Source of the DNA: a bacterium
GTDB lineage: Bacteria > Zhuqueibacterota > Zhuqueibacteria > Oceanimicrobiales > Oceanimicrobiaceae
DNA: 57,989 nucleotides
Assembly (NCBI GenBank): GCA_046757525.1
Contig: JBHHYI010000005.1
Span: 1 to 57,989 of the forward strand
Direction: 5' to 3'
Shown here: piece by piece, positions 46,794 to 57,320 of the stretch
Position numbering within the stretch: the stretch's first letter is position 1
Layout of the letters: every line of letters starts with the position of its first letter
Translations under genes and position numbers: made by a program
Notes under the pieces: model-generated
The model's database searches: none
What the model saw: only the letters and a program-made list of their open reading frames with translations
What the model was told of the DNA's origin: nothing

Positions 46794-48638
46794 TTATTTT
46801 AATTTGATAATTCTACCGTTAACAAACTGCAGAAAGTTTACTTCTTTATTAACACGGTTGTTATCTTTAAAAGTTACTCTCCCTTTGATTCCCTCATAAT
46901 TCGTCAAGGCATTCAATTTTTCCACGATTGCCTGCGGCGACCGAGCCCCGGCCTTCCAGGCACTCTTGAGGACACCGATGGCATCGTAACCAAACGCCTC
47001 CCAACGCTCCGGGGTCGTTCCCATTTTAAGCCTGAAACCAGTACGAAAACGCCTGAATCTTTGACTGTCCTCGTCGGGGAAATAGTCGCTAACAAAGATG
47101 ACGCCATTGATGTACCTTTGAATCTGTGCCCTCTTCAGGACATCCACATCGTCCCAGTATTCGCCGCCCAGAATTTGCGTGCTGATATTGTGCAGGGCGA
47201 ACTGGGGCGCAACATATTTGATGTGTTCGGTATAAACCGGCATGAAAAAACCATCGATGGATTGCACCGGGATGTTCCTTTCTTCCAGTTTTTCGCCGCG
47301 CTGTTCGGCCTCCAAAATCATCTGTTCCACGTCTGTTGAATCGTAATGAAAAGCAGCTTCGCGAATGGCTTTGAACTGCCGGCTTAAATCCTGGGGGTCA
47401 CCATAGTACCAACTCTGGGCGATGATGCGTCCTCCCAACCGATCGATCTTCGATGTGAAACTGGAGGTCAACTGCTGGCCATATTCGTCTGCCGGCGCCA
47501 GGGTGGCAAAGGTGCGCAGGCCCAGGGTATCCACGGCGTACTGCGCCAGAGCTTCGCCTTTGCGTTCCAAGTTGCTGTTCAACTGAAAGACGGTGCTTCC
47601 CACTGAGGTCACTTCGTTCTCAGTGGCGGCCGGGGCGATGAGCGGAATGTTTTCCGTAGCCGTTAGTGCGCCGATGGCCGCCGTAACCGAGCTTTCTAAT
47701 TCCCCAATGACGACCCGAACGTTTTCTCTTTTGATGAGCTCTTTGACTTCGTTTATGGCCCGGATCGCATTGCTTTCGGTGTCCCTGATGACCAATTGGA
47801 TGGGGGTTTCGCTATTGTTTTGATTTTCCGATTGCCCGTACTGGATTCCCCTGAGCACGCCCAAGCCCTCTTTGGCAAAATAACCGGTCAACGGCAAGAG
47901 TACACCGACTCTTAAAGCTCTGAGTTTTCCTGATTCGGTCTCTTTCAAGAGCTGGTCTATTTGCGGCAAATAGGTGCTGGAACGGTACTTGCGCTTGTAT
48001 TCTCTTAGAATAGCCGCAGCTTTGTCGGACGAACCAATGGAGAGTTCGCGCCGGGCCAACTGAATCGTCAACAGTGCAACAGAGTTCTCGCTGCGAGCAA
48101 AATTCACCAATTTGCGCAGGTCTGCCAAATTGAGCTCGGAATTCATGATGAAATTGGCCAATCTGCTACTCATCCTGAGCAGCTTCTTGTTCACACTCTT
48201 GTCCAGCACCCAAAAGAGGTCTTTCACAGCTTTCAGGTACTTGTTCTGTCGGTAATTGACCTCTGCTTTTCCGTAATAAGCATCATCGACGTAAGTGCTC
48301 ACAGGGAAGCGGTTTATCAGTTTGTTGAATTCGATCTCGGCTTCGCCGTAACGCTCTAACTTGTACAGAGTTTTGCCTGTCATCAACAAGGAAGCGGTGA
48401 CCATCTGGTGCACGATGGTGGGCCTGGAGAGTTTTTGAAATTTCGCCAGAGCTAATTGGTAATGTCCGGAATTGTAGGCGGCCAAGGCTTGCTGAAATTC
48501 AGGCTCTACCTCCGGCACCCGGCGGATGGTAGTCGCCACCTGGGCCTGAATGCTACCTGTCAAACCCAGCAGACAGCATAGAACCAACGATAAGAAACGG
48601 CTCCTGTTTTTGTGCAACATGATGGCAAGCTTCCTCAC
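46794..48638 (-). CDS. TPR + periplasmic-binding-fold protein (LpoA-like PBP activator / ABC substrate-binding)
   Basis: TPR N-terminus; VGVLLPLTG, VVIGEL, AFGYDA; start may be 48620. Confidence 0.8.
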   Translation of the reverse strand: MRKLAIMLHKNRSRFLSLVLCCLLGLTGSIQAQVATTIRRVPEVEPEFQQALAAYNSGHYQLALAKFQKLSRPTIVHQMVTASLLMTGKTLYKLERYGEAEIEFNKLINRFPVSTYVDDAYYGKAEVNYRQNKYLKAVKDLFWVLDKSVNKKLLRMSSRLANFIMNSELNLADLRKLVNFARSENSVALLTIQLARRELSIGSSDKAAAILREYKRKYRSSTYLPQIDQLLKETESGKLRALRVGVLLPLTGYFAKEGLGVLRGIQYGQSENQNNSETPIQLVIRDTESNAIRAINEVKELIKRENVRVVIGELESSVTAAIGALTATENIPLIAPAATENEVTSVGSTVFQLNSNLERKGEALAQYAVDTLGLRTFATLAPADEYGQQLTSSFTSKIDRLGGRIIAQSWYYGDPQDLSRQFKAIREAAFHYDSTDVEQMILEAEQRGEKLEERNIPVQSIDGFFMPVYTEHIKYVAPQFALHNISTQILGGEYWDDVDVLKRAQIQRYINGVIFVSDYFPDEDSQRFRRFRTGFRLKMGTTPERWEAFGYDAIGVLKSAWKAGARSPQAIVEKLNALTNYEGIKGRVTFKDNNRVNKEVNFLQFVNGRIIKLK

Positions 48639-50467
48639 TCAACAGTAACGCTTTTGGCTAAATTCCTCGGCTGATCCACATCACAACCACGCAAAATAGC
48701 GATGTCGTAGGCTAACAACTGCAGCGGGACAATGGTCAAAATCGGGGTTAAGAATTCCAATGTGGGCGGCACGTAGATGACATGATCGGCGAGCCTCTTG
48801 ATGGCCTCATCGCCTTCGGTGGCAATCACGATGATCCGACCTTTTCTCGCCTTGACCTCTTCGATGTTGCTTATGATTTTGTCATAGGTCGAGTCTTTGG
48901 TGGCGATGAAGACCACGGGCATGTTCTCATCGATCAGGGCGATGGGGCCATGCTTCATCTCAGCAGCGGGGTAGCCCTCGGCGTGGATGTAGGAGATTTC
49001 CTTCAATTTCAACGCCCCTTCCAAAGCCACCGGGAAGTTGTACCCGCGACCCAAATAGAGAAAGTTTTGACTCTTGTGATACTCCCGGGCAATTTCCTTG
49101 ATCACATCACGGGTTTGCAGGATTTTGGTGACTTTTTTAGCCAGGGCCTTCATCTCGTTCACAACTTCAAATCCTTTGGAAGCGCCCATACTGCGCATGC
49201 GGGCCAAAAGCAGCGTCAAAAGAGCCAAAACCGTAACCTGCGACGTAAACGCTTTTGTGGAGGCCACGCCGATCTCTGGACCAGCGTGCAGGTAGACACC
49301 GGCATCGCTCTCTCTGGCAATCGTGGAACCCACCACGTTGCAGATGCCCAACAACTTAGCCCCTTTGCGTTTGCCCTCTCTCAAAGCTGCCAGCGTGTCG
49401 GCTGTCTCGCCGGATTGACTGATGACGAACATCACCGAGCCGCGGTCGATGACCGGATCCCGATAACGAAATTCCGAGGCGTATTCCACTTCCACCGGCG
49501 TGCGCGCGAACTCTTCCAGCATGTACTCTCCGATCAGCGCTGCGTGCCAACTGGTGCCGCAAGCAGAGAGCAAAATTCGCGGCGCATAAAGAAGCGAATC
49601 CAGCTCGTGGCGAATGCCGCCCAGGCGCGCGGTGCCGTCCTCGGAGAGCAGCCGTCCGCGCATGGCATCTTCAATGGTTTGCGGTTGCTCCATGATTTCC
49701 TTGAGCATGAAATGATCATACCCGCCCTTTTCGATCTTTTCCAGGTCAAAGGAAACCCGCTCGACTTTTTTGCTGACCCGCAAATTGTCGATGGTCTTGA
49801 TGGTGATGTTATCCGGCTTGATGACGGCTGTTTCATTGTCTTCCAGATAGGTGACATCTTTGGTGTGACTGATGATAGCCGAAACATCTGAGGCGACGAC
49901 ATATTCGTTTTCCCCCATGCCTATGGCCAGAGGACTCCCCTTGCGCGCCACAATCAAAGTGTCCGGTTCGTGATTTGTGATCACCGCAATCCCGTAGGTG
50001 CCCTCGACCTGACTCAGGGCCAATCGGACCGCCTCTTCGAAACTGCCGTTGGCATCGTAGTATTCCTGGATCAAATGCACCAGCGCCTCGGTATCGGTCT
50101 CGGTGACAAATGCATGCCCCCTGGCCTGGAGTTTTGCTTTGATGGCCATGTAGTTTTCGATGATGCCGTTGTGAATCAAGGCAAAGTTTCCGGAACCATC
50201 GGTGTGCGGATGGGCGTTGTCTTTGGTTGGGGCACCGTGCGTAGCCCAGCGCGTGTGGGCGATGCCGATGTTGCCCAAAAGTCGGGTGCCAGTTAGCTTT
50301 TGCTCCAAACCTGAAATTTTTCCCGGCTGCTTTTCCAGTAAAATCTTGCCCTCAGAAATAACCGCAATGCCGGCCGAATCATACCCGCGGTATTCCAGTC
50401 GTTTCAAGCCTTCCATCAAAATAGGTGCGGCCTCTTTACTTCCAATGTAACCGACTATTCCACACAT
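48635..50467 (-). CDS. glmS: Glutamine--fructose-6-phosphate transaminase
   Basis: MCGIVG, RGYDSAG, HTRWATHG, PRNLAKSVTVE. Confidence 0.99.
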   Translation of the reverse strand: MCGIVGYIGSKEAAPILMEGLKRLEYRGYDSAGIAVISEGKILLEKQPGKISGLEQKLTGTRLLGNIGIAHTRWATHGAPTKDNAHPHTDGSGNFALIHNGIIENYMAIKAKLQARGHAFVTETDTEALVHLIQEYYDANGSFEEAVRLALSQVEGTYGIAVITNHEPDTLIVARKGSPLAIGMGENEYVVASDVSAIISHTKDVTYLEDNETAVIKPDNITIKTIDNLRVSKKVERVSFDLEKIEKGGYDHFMLKEIMEQPQTIEDAMRGRLLSEDGTARLGGIRHELDSLLYAPRILLSACGTSWHAALIGEYMLEEFARTPVEVEYASEFRYRDPVIDRGSVMFVISQSGETADTLAALREGKRKGAKLLGICNVVGSTIARESDAGVYLHAGPEIGVASTKAFTSQVTVLALLTLLLARMRSMGASKGFEVVNEMKALAKKVTKILQTRDVIKEIAREYHKSQNFLYLGRGYNFPVALEGALKLKEISYIHAEGYPAAEMKHGPIALIDENMPVVFIATKDSTYDKIISNIEEVKARKGRIIVIATEGDEAIKRLADHVIYVPPTLEFLTPILTIVPLQLLAYDIAILRGCDVDQPRNLAKSVTVE

Positions 50468-50786
50468 GTTTTCTCTCCTTGGATGTAGAACCGTAAGCTG
50501 TGATTTAACCCAGATTCGGAAAAGGCGCTGAATTGCGCCAAATGTCCCTTCTGAACAACTGGGTTTGAGTTAAATTGCCAACATGAGGTCAATCTCGAAT
50601 CCGGCGCAAGGCGGATGAGACATCTGAAAACCCACCCGCAACCTTGCCCCTAAGCGCCCTTGCCACAAATTCTACAATAGCTTGATTAAATTAGTGGTGT
50701 CAGTCAGAAGGGCAGTGGCTAATTTAAGAAATCAAAAACTAAAACAAAATTAAAACTTAGTCATAAAAAAGCAAGGGAAAAAAGGC

Positions 50787-52334
50787 TTATTCCCACTCTA
50801 TGGTGCTGGGCGGCTTGGTACTGACGTCGTAGACGACCCGGTTGACGCCGCGCACCTCGTTGATGATCCGGTTTGAAATCGACGCCAAAAGATCGTAAGG
50901 CAAACGCGCCCAGTCGGCAGTCATGCCGTCCCGGCTGGTTACAGCGCGCAGGGCAATAACATTTTCATAGGTCCTCTGATCGCCCATGACGCCAACGGTT
51001 TTCAAAGGGATGAACACTGCAAATGCCTGCCAGATTTTATCGTACCAATCGTGCTTTTTCAGCTCCTCGACAAAAATCCAATCGACCTCTCTTAAGACTT
51101 GCAACCGTTCCCGGGTAACCTCGCCCAGAATTCTAATAGCAAGCCCGGGACCCGGAAAGGGGTGACGTCCCAGGATTTGCTGCGGCAAGCCCAACTCGGC
51201 CCCTATCTTTCTGACTTCGTCCTTGAACAGCTCCTTTAGCGGTTCGACCAATTTCAGATTCATGATTTCCGGAAGCCCGCCCACATTGTGATGCGTTTTT
51301 ATGGTTGCGGAAGGCCCTTTGATCGAAACGCTCTCGATGACGTCCGGGTACAAGGTTCCTTGCACCAAATAGGCCACGTCCTGTATTTTCTCCGCTTCCC
51401 GTTCGAACACTTCGATGAAGGCGTTGCCGATGATTTTTCGCTTTTCCTCCGGATGCGCCACTCCGGCCAAGTTGGCCAGAAATTGCCGGGAGGCATCCAC
51501 AGCAACCAAATTCGTTTTAAAATAACGATCAAAAGTATTCTTTACCTGCATCGCTTCGTCTTTGCGCAAGACGCCGGTGTCTACAAACACGCAGGTCAGG
51601 TGCGAACCGATGGCCTTGTACACCAGGGCCGCAGCTACGGCAGAATCCACGCCGCCGCTCAGTGCACAGATGGCCCGTTCCTCGCCGATCTCCTGGCGAA
51701 TCTCCGCCACCGTGTTTTTCACAAAGGACTCCGGCGTCCACAACCCGCGACAGCCACACACTTCGTACAAGAAATTCTTCAGAATCTGTTTACCCTCGAC
51801 GGTGTGCGCCACTTCAGGATGAAATTGCAGGCCGAATATGGTTTGCGCAGTATTCGCCACAGCGGCAAAGGGTGAGTTTTCGGTTCGGGCTATGGCTTTA
51901 AACTCCTCTGGCAATCGAATTAGGGCGTCGCCGTGACTCATCCAAACCTGAGTATCTTGACAGACGCCCTTGAACAGGCACGACCCTTCATCGATTTTGA
52001 GATTGGCGTAGCCGTATTCGCGCTTCGCCGCCCTGACGACTTCACCGCCTTTCGAATGGGCTATCAATTGCAAGCCGTAACAAATACCCAACAAAGGGAT
52101 TTGCAGGTCAAAGAGCTTGCGTTCCACCAGAGGCGGGTCAGCATCGTAGACAGAGGCGGGTCCACCGGAGAGTATGACGCCTTTGGGCTTTAGCTCGATG
52201 ATTTCTTTTAGGGGCAAGTTAAACGGTCTTATTTCAGAATAAACGCCCAGCTCACGCACCTTGCGTGTGATGAGCTGCGTGTACTGGGAGCCAAAATCTA
52301 AAATCAAGATTAATTCTTCAGGGTGGGAGTGCAT
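50787..52334 (-). CDS. guaA: GMP synthase
   Basis: [34 protein letters not shown]. Confidence 0.99.
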   Translation of the reverse strand: MHSHPEELILILDFGSQYTQLITRKVRELGVYSEIRPFNLPLKEIIELKPKGVILSGGPASVYDADPPLVERKLFDLQIPLLGICYGLQLIAHSKGGEVVRAAKREYGYANLKIDEGSCLFKGVCQDTQVWMSHGDALIRLPEEFKAIARTENSPFAAVANTAQTIFGLQFHPEVAHTVEGKQILKNFLYEVCGCRGLWTPESFVKNTVAEIRQEIGEERAICALSGGVDSAVAAALVYKAIGSHLTCVFVDTGVLRKDEAMQVKNTFDRYFKTNLVAVDASRQFLANLAGVAHPEEKRKIIGNAFIEVFEREAEKIQDVAYLVQGTLYPDVIESVSIKGPSATIKTHHNVGGLPEIMNLKLVEPLKELFKDEVRKIGAELGLPQQILGRHPFPGPGLAIRILGEVTRERLQVLREVDWIFVEELKKHDWYDKIWQAFAVFIPLKTVGVMGDQRTYENVIALRAVTSRDGMTADWARLPYDLLASISNRIINEVRGVNRVVYDVSTKPPSTIEWE

Positions 52335-52342
52335 TCAATCCT

Positions 52343-53104
52343 TCAGAATGTGATTTGCCAGGATTTCAATTCTTCAAGAAAGCCATAATTGGTTAGATCG
52401 TACTGCAGCGGCGTAACGGAGACTTTGTTCTCTAAGATCGCCCGGTCGTCGACCTCGCTGTCCTCTTCCAGTTCTACTTTGGTGCCCGTCAACCAGTAAT
52501 AAACCCGGCTCTGAGGATCGATGCGCTTGTCGAATTTCTCCTTGTAAATCGCTTTGCCTTGTCGAGTGATGACCACGCCCCGAATTTCGTCTTCGCGAAC
52601 CGGCGGTACATTCACGTTGAGAAAAGTCCCTTTGGGCAGACCATTTCTCAGAATGGTCTGGGAAAGGTTGCGCGCGAATTTGGCGGCATAACTAAAGTCC
52701 GGGTTTTTGTAGGTAGTCAGGGAAATCGCAAACGAAGGAATGCCAACGATGTTGCCTTCGGTAGCCGCTGAGACCGTGCCGGAGTAGATGACGTTAATTC
52801 CCGTGTTGGACCCCAGGTTGATGCCCGAAACCACCAGGTCCGGTCGGTGATCCAGGATTGCCCAGCAGGCTATTTTCACACAATCGGCCGGCGTGCCATT
52901 GACCGCGTAGCCAAAGAATTCTCCGTTCTTCTCAAAATTCCACACGCGCAAAGGGTCTGACAGGGTGATGGCATGCCCCACGGCGCTCTTTTCGCCGTCA
53001 GGTGCCACCACCGTGACTTCCCCTACCTGCACCAATTGTTGGCGCAGTGCCGCCAGCCCCGGGGCGTTGATGCCATCATCGTTGGTTAACAAAATCTTCG
53101 GCAT
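52343..53104 (-). CDS. surE: 5'/3'-nucleotidase
   Basis: LLTNDDG, GTPADCV, SGIN.G.N, YSGTV. Confidence 0.97.
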   Translation of the reverse strand: MPKILLTNDDGINAPGLAALRQQLVQVGEVTVVAPDGEKSAVGHAITLSDPLRVWNFEKNGEFFGYAVNGTPADCVKIACWAILDHRPDLVVSGINLGSNTGINVIYSGTVSAATEGNIVGIPSFAISLTTYKNPDFSYAAKFARNLSQTILRNGLPKGTFLNVNVPPVREDEIRGVVITRQGKAIYKEKFDKRIDPQSRVYYWLTGTKVELEEDSEVDDRAILENKVSVTPLQYDLTNYGFLEELKSWQITF

Positions 53105-53148
53105 GGTACTACCAATTCGGTTAGAAGCTGCCAAGTTTATCCGTGCAC

Positions 53149-54090
53149 CTAATTGCTTTCCGACGCCTGACGCATCTTCTCTAATTGTGTCATGGAGAGT
53201 TCTAAGCCGCCGTTGTTGTTCACATGCTCATCATGAGAATTTTGGCTCATGGCCTGGTCTGAGGCGAAGTCTAAAATCTCCTTTAGCACCTCTCTCATTT
53301 CCTGTCTGCTGACAATGGCATCGACGAAACCGTGTTTGAGTTGAAACTCGGAGCGCTGAAAGCCGTTGGGCAAGTCCTGGCCAATGGTTTGTTTGATGAC
53401 CCTGGGACCGGCAAAACCGATTAAAGCCCCCGGTTCAGCCAGAATGATATCGCCTAACATGGCGTAGCTGGCGGTGACGCCGCCCGTGGTCGGGTCCGTC
53501 AAAATGGAGATGAACAACAAGCCCGCATCGGAGAGTCTGGCCAGACGTCCCGATGTCTTCGCCATCTGCATCAGCGAAAGCGCGCCTTCCATCATACGGG
53601 CGCCGCCGGAAGTCGACACGATGATCAGGGCCATTCTCTTCTCAAGGGCTTTGTCGATGGCGCGAGCGATTTTTTCGCCCACAACAGAGCCCATGCTTCC
53701 TCCGATAAAGGAGAAGTCCATCAAGCAGAGCACTAACGGATGGCCGTGAATGGTGCCAAAGCCGGTTCTCATGGCATCGTTTACGCCGGTCTTTTTGGCG
53801 GCATCCTTGAGCTGGTCAGAATACCGCTTCAGAGCCCTGAACTTCAAGACATCGACGGACGCGATGTTGGTATTGAATTCCTCGAACTTGCCGTCGTCCA
53901 AAAGAATAGACATGTAATCTGAGCTCTTTATGCGAAAATGAAACTGACACTTGGCACAGACATAAGAGTTTCTTTCTAATTCTCTTTTGTAGATGATTTC
54001 ATTGCAGCCCTGGCATTTTACCCACAAGTTGGGCATATCCTTTCTTTTTTGCGGGGTCAGCCCAAGTTTCGCGCGCTTAAACCAATCCAT
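53149..54090 (-). CDS. accD: Acetyl-CoA carboxylase carboxyltransferase beta subunit
   Basis: C4 zinc finger, GGSMG, SGGARM, PTTGGVTAS, GFAGPRVI. Confidence 0.97.
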   Translation of the reverse strand: MDWFKRAKLGLTPQKRKDMPNLWVKCQGCNEIIYKRELERNSYVCAKCQFHFRIKSSDYMSILLDDGKFEEFNTNIASVDVLKFRALKRYSDQLKDAAKKTGVNDAMRTGFGTIHGHPLVLCLMDFSFIGGSMGSVVGEKIARAIDKALEKRMALIIVSTSGGARMMEGALSLMQMAKTSGRLARLSDAGLLFISILTDPTTGGVTASYAMLGDIILAEPGALIGFAGPRVIKQTIGQDLPNGFQRSEFQLKHGFVDAIVSRQEMREVLKEILDFASDQAMSQNSHDEHVNNNGGLELSMTQLEKMRQASESN

Positions 54091-54095
54091 ACCAA

Positions 54096-54377
54096 CTATC
54101 CCTCCTTCAAGAACTTGCTCATCAAGATGGCGTCTACTTGATCTTTGCAGTAATAATTCTTTCTTACCCCTAAGACAACGCACGGGAAAGACAAAGGATT
54201 CCCTCTTATTTCATGGACAAACCAACTCCGCGGCCAGGATCCTTGAAAAGCGTTTCTTGCCAGCTCACAAACTTGCTCCAGGTCTCCAAGTTGCATCGCA
54301 CGGACGAAGAGTCCCGGAATCCATTTCAAGGCCGTCCGGGCCACGTGCGACACCGCATCACCGGACCGATTCGCCAT
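54096..54377 (-). pseudogene. rimI: rimI-like GNAT remnant with in-frame internal deletion
   Basis: RimI-type N-terminus (RAM..DL..V....AF...W....F..E) fused directly to C-terminus (GVRKNYY...DAILM); canonical position after tsaB. Confidence 0.7.
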
Positions 54378-55044
54378 AATATGCTTTTTTCTTCGGCTTA
54401 AACTCTTTCAAATAAAACGGTTCTAAGGAAGCGATGTCTGCCGTTGCATGCTCTCGTAATCTGGCCTCGCCCATTAAGGCGATGGTGGAAGGCCTTAAGT
54501 AGGCCACATCCGCCGACGCTTGTGTGATGTTGTCCTGGAGAAAGTCTGGCATCAAATCGGGCGGATAAGCCACCAACAGTGTTTTTTGGTCCAGCCGCCT
54601 GCTGACTTCGGACACCGTCACGATCTGATAATCGGAGCACCTCTGGAGTTGCCCTCGCTTTTTTTCGTACAAGGCAAAATAGACCTCCCCTTCCCGGGCT
54701 TTGAGCAAGGCACAAATCTGTCCCGGCCACGGACTCGCTTGAAATGCCAGAGCATCCAGGGTGTTGACAGCCACCAGCGGCAGATCCAACGTGAACGCCA
54801 GGCCTTTGCAGACAGCCAGACCGATGCGCAGCCCTGTAAAAGACCCTGGACCAACCGAGACAGCCAGCCCATCCAACTGGCCGAGCTCGCAGCCGCAGTC
54901 CGCCATCACATCTTGAATGGCGCCAACGAGTTTTTCGTTGTGTACATTCTTTTGATTTAACCGATACTCTGCTACGAGACCGTGATTGCTGGTCACCGCA
55001 ATACCACAAATCTGGGTAGCCGTGTCAACTGCCAGGATTTTCAT
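54358..55044 (-). CDS. tsaB: tRNA t6A biosynthesis protein TsaB
   Basis: ILAVDT, GPGSFTGLRIG, LEPFYL. Confidence 0.96.
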   Translation of the reverse strand: MKILAVDTATQICGIAVTSNHGLVAEYRLNQKNVHNEKLVGAIQDVMADCGCELGQLDGLAVSVGPGSFTGLRIGLAVCKGLAFTLDLPLVAVNTLDALAFQASPWPGQICALLKAREGEVYFALYEKKRGQLQRCSDYQIVTVSEVSRRLDQKTLLVAYPPDLMPDFLQDNITQASADVAYLRPSTIALMGEARLREHATADIASLEPFYLKEFKPKKKAYYGESVR

Positions 55045-55523
55045 AGCTTGCGGATGAGAATATTCCGAGTTTTCTCCGAACCTGCCTCAAACAGATTCTT
55101 CAGGTAGACGTCGTATCTGCTTTTGGGCAACAGAACCTGGCCCTTGTCCGCCCACTCCACCAGGCAAACGCCTTCACCGTAAAAATATTCTTCGCACCCC
55201 AACTCGAAAATCTCATTCAGGCCCTCAATTCTATAAAAGTCAAAATGGTAAACAGGAACGCACCCCTGGTATTCATGAATAAGCGTGAAGGTGGGACTGG
55301 TAACCTCATCCACCACGTCTAACCCCCGGCACACGCCTTTTGTAAAAACGGTCTTGCCACTGCCAAGTTCGCCAAACAGCGCGATGACGTCGCCGGGAAC
55401 GAGGGCAGCAGCCAACTCTGCACCAATCCTCATCGTCTCTTCGGGACTTGTGGAAAGGAAGCTAAGTTCACGCCTCTTTTTGTCTAACTTGACGCCCCCC
55501 TTCTCAGCTTTGACCGTCGTCAT
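55041..55523 (-). CDS. tsaE: tRNA t6A biosynthesis ATPase TsaE
   Basis: GELGSGKT, TSPTF, HFDFYR, VEW. Confidence 0.96.
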   Translation of the reverse strand: MTTVKAEKGGVKLDKKRRELSFLSTSPEETMRIGAELAAALVPGDVIALFGELGSGKTVFTKGVCRGLDVVDEVTSPTFTLIHEYQGCVPVYHFDFYRIEGLNEIFELGCEEYFYGEGVCLVEWADKGQVLLPKSRYDVYLKNLFEAGSEKTRNILIRKL

Positions 55524-55557
55524 CGGATTCAGGTGCCTGTCTTGTTTCGGCTCAGAA

Positions 55558-57126
55558 TTACGATTCGGTCTTTGGTTCCAAAGTAACGACTGGCAATATC
55601 ATTTCCTCCATAGAGACGCCGCCGTGCTGGAAGCTGTCCCGATAATAACTCAGATAATGATGGAAATTCGTAGGATAGACGAAATAATAATCTTCTTTGG
55701 CGATGAGGTAATTCGAGTTGATCCCGCGCGTTGGCAGCTTGTAGGTTTTGGGGTCTCTGACGATGATGGCATGCTTGGCATCTACTTTGAGACTCTTGCC
55801 AAACTTGTAGCGCAGATTGGTAGAGGTTTCTCGGTCGCCAATGACTTTTGCTCCGTGCAAGCCACGCACGCTGCCATGGTCGGAAGTAATCACCACCGTG
55901 TTGCCCCGCCTCGAAAGCTCCTGCAGTATCTGAAAGACATAGGAATGTTCGAACCACGATTTGGTCAAAGAACGGTAGGCAGCTTCATCCGGCGTAATCT
56001 CCCGCAGAACTTCGGAGTCGCTTCTGCTGTGCGCCAGAATGTCTACAAAATTCACCACTATGGCTAACAGCGGAATGTTCGCGTACGAGGAAATCTTCCT
56101 CACGACGTTTCGCGCCTCTTGCACATCCAGGATCTTAACGTATTTGGTGTTGGGTTTCAAATGAATCCCAAGGCTCTCCAATTGGTAATCCAGCAATTGG
56201 TGCTCGTTTCTGTTCCGACTGAGGTCGTCGTCCGTGCCCTCAGACCAGAGTTCGGGATATTTTTTCTCGATTTCATTTGGGAAGAGCCCGCTAAAAATGG
56301 CGTTTCTCGAGTAAGGTGTGGCGGTTGGCAGAATTGAAAAGTATAGCTCTTCCTGGATCTTGAAATACTGGTACAACAAGGGCTTAATCGTCAGCCATTG
56401 ATCCAGGCGTAAATTGTCGATCACCATGAAGACCACATTGCGCTTCTGTTTCAGAAACGGCGCGACATATTTTTTGACCAAATCCACGGACAGGATCGGC
56501 GAATTATCCCTGTCCTGGATCCAATGGGGGTACTGCCTTTCGATAAACTTACCCAGCTCAATGTTGCATTCCCTGGCCTGGTCGCTCAGGGTTTGTTTGA
56601 GTCCCATGCCGCGATGCTGGTCGGTGGCCACTTCCCACTGGCAGAGCCTGCTGTAAATCCCCAGCCAGTCTTGCCACGAGAGCGGGCCCTGGAGTGCCCG
56701 GGAGATTTCGTTAAATCCGAAAATGTAATCCCGCGAAATACGTTCTCCGGTTATCTGTTCAGAGTCTAATATCTTCTTACAAGTTAAGAGAACTTGACTG
56801 GGATTGACCGGCTTGGTCAGGTAGTCGTCTATCTTGCTGCCAATGGCGTCCACCATCAAGCTTTCTTCTTCGCTTTTGGTAACCATGACTACTGGCAGCG
56901 CGGGATGGGCTTCCTTGATTTCCGCCAGAGCTGTCAAACCATCTTTACCATGCAGCATCTCGTCTAACAGAACCAGGTCATAACTTTCCTGGTCGATCAA
57001 GGTCAGGGCATCTTCGGCATTGGTCACAGGCGTGACCGCGTAGCCTTTATCTTCTAAAAACATGATATGGGGTCGAAGCAGATCAATTTCGTCATCCACC
57101 CAAAGAATCTTTCTCGGTATTGGCAC
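55558..57126 (-). CDS. porX: PorX-type response regulator (receiver + PglZ domain)
   Basis: ILWVDDEIDLL, IDNLRLDQW, SILPTAT.YSRN, SDHG, FQHGGVSMEEM; adjacent to tsaE as in Bacteroidota. Confidence 0.9.
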   Translation of the reverse strand: MPIPRKILWVDDEIDLLRPHIMFLEDKGYAVTPVTNAEDALTLIDQESYDLVLLDEMLHGKDGLTALAEIKEAHPALPVVMVTKSEEESLMVDAIGSKIDDYLTKPVNPSQVLLTCKKILDSEQITGERISRDYIFGFNEISRALQGPLSWQDWLGIYSRLCQWEVATDQHRGMGLKQTLSDQARECNIELGKFIERQYPHWIQDRDNSPILSVDLVKKYVAPFLKQKRNVVFMVIDNLRLDQWLTIKPLLYQYFKIQEELYFSILPTATPYSRNAIFSGLFPNEIEKKYPELWSEGTDDDLSRNRNEHQLLDYQLESLGIHLKPNTKYVKILDVQEARNVVRKISSYANIPLLAIVVNFVDILAHSRSDSEVLREITPDEAAYRSLTKSWFEHSYVFQILQELSRRGNTVVITSDHGSVRGLHGAKVIGDRETSTNLRYKFGKSLKVDAKHAIIVRDPKTYKLPTRGINSNYLIAKEDYYFVYPTNFHHYLSYYRDSFQHGGVSMEEMILPVVTLEPKTES

Positions 57127-57245
57127 GGCTTTTTCTCGCTTTCTTGATTAATAAAACTTTTTAAAGTAGCAATTTCAAACTCCATTGTCAATAACATTTT
57201 GCGCCGAACATCCCGTTTCATGGGATTGTGGCGCTGCGTCAAACC

Positions 57246-57278
57246 AAAAGGGCCGGACCAAAAACTGGCCCGGCCCTT
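57246..57278 (-). terminator. Intrinsic terminator
   Basis: AAGGGCCGG/CCGGCCCTT stem plus T run on the minus strand. Confidence 0.75.
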
Positions 57279-57320
57279 CTTCGCCTATCAGCAGGTTAAC
57301 CGGCTCGAGATGACACAGAT

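Noticed and set aside
48782..49891. Long antisense ORFs (369 aa opposite glmS, 342 aa at 10347-11375, 260 aa at 55285-56067)
   Set aside because: Shadow frames of well-supported genes, expected from codon bias
50468..50786. glmS ribozyme upstream of glmS
   Set aside because: The minus strand lacks the conserved AGCGCC..ACT / GACGAGG core in the required arrangement
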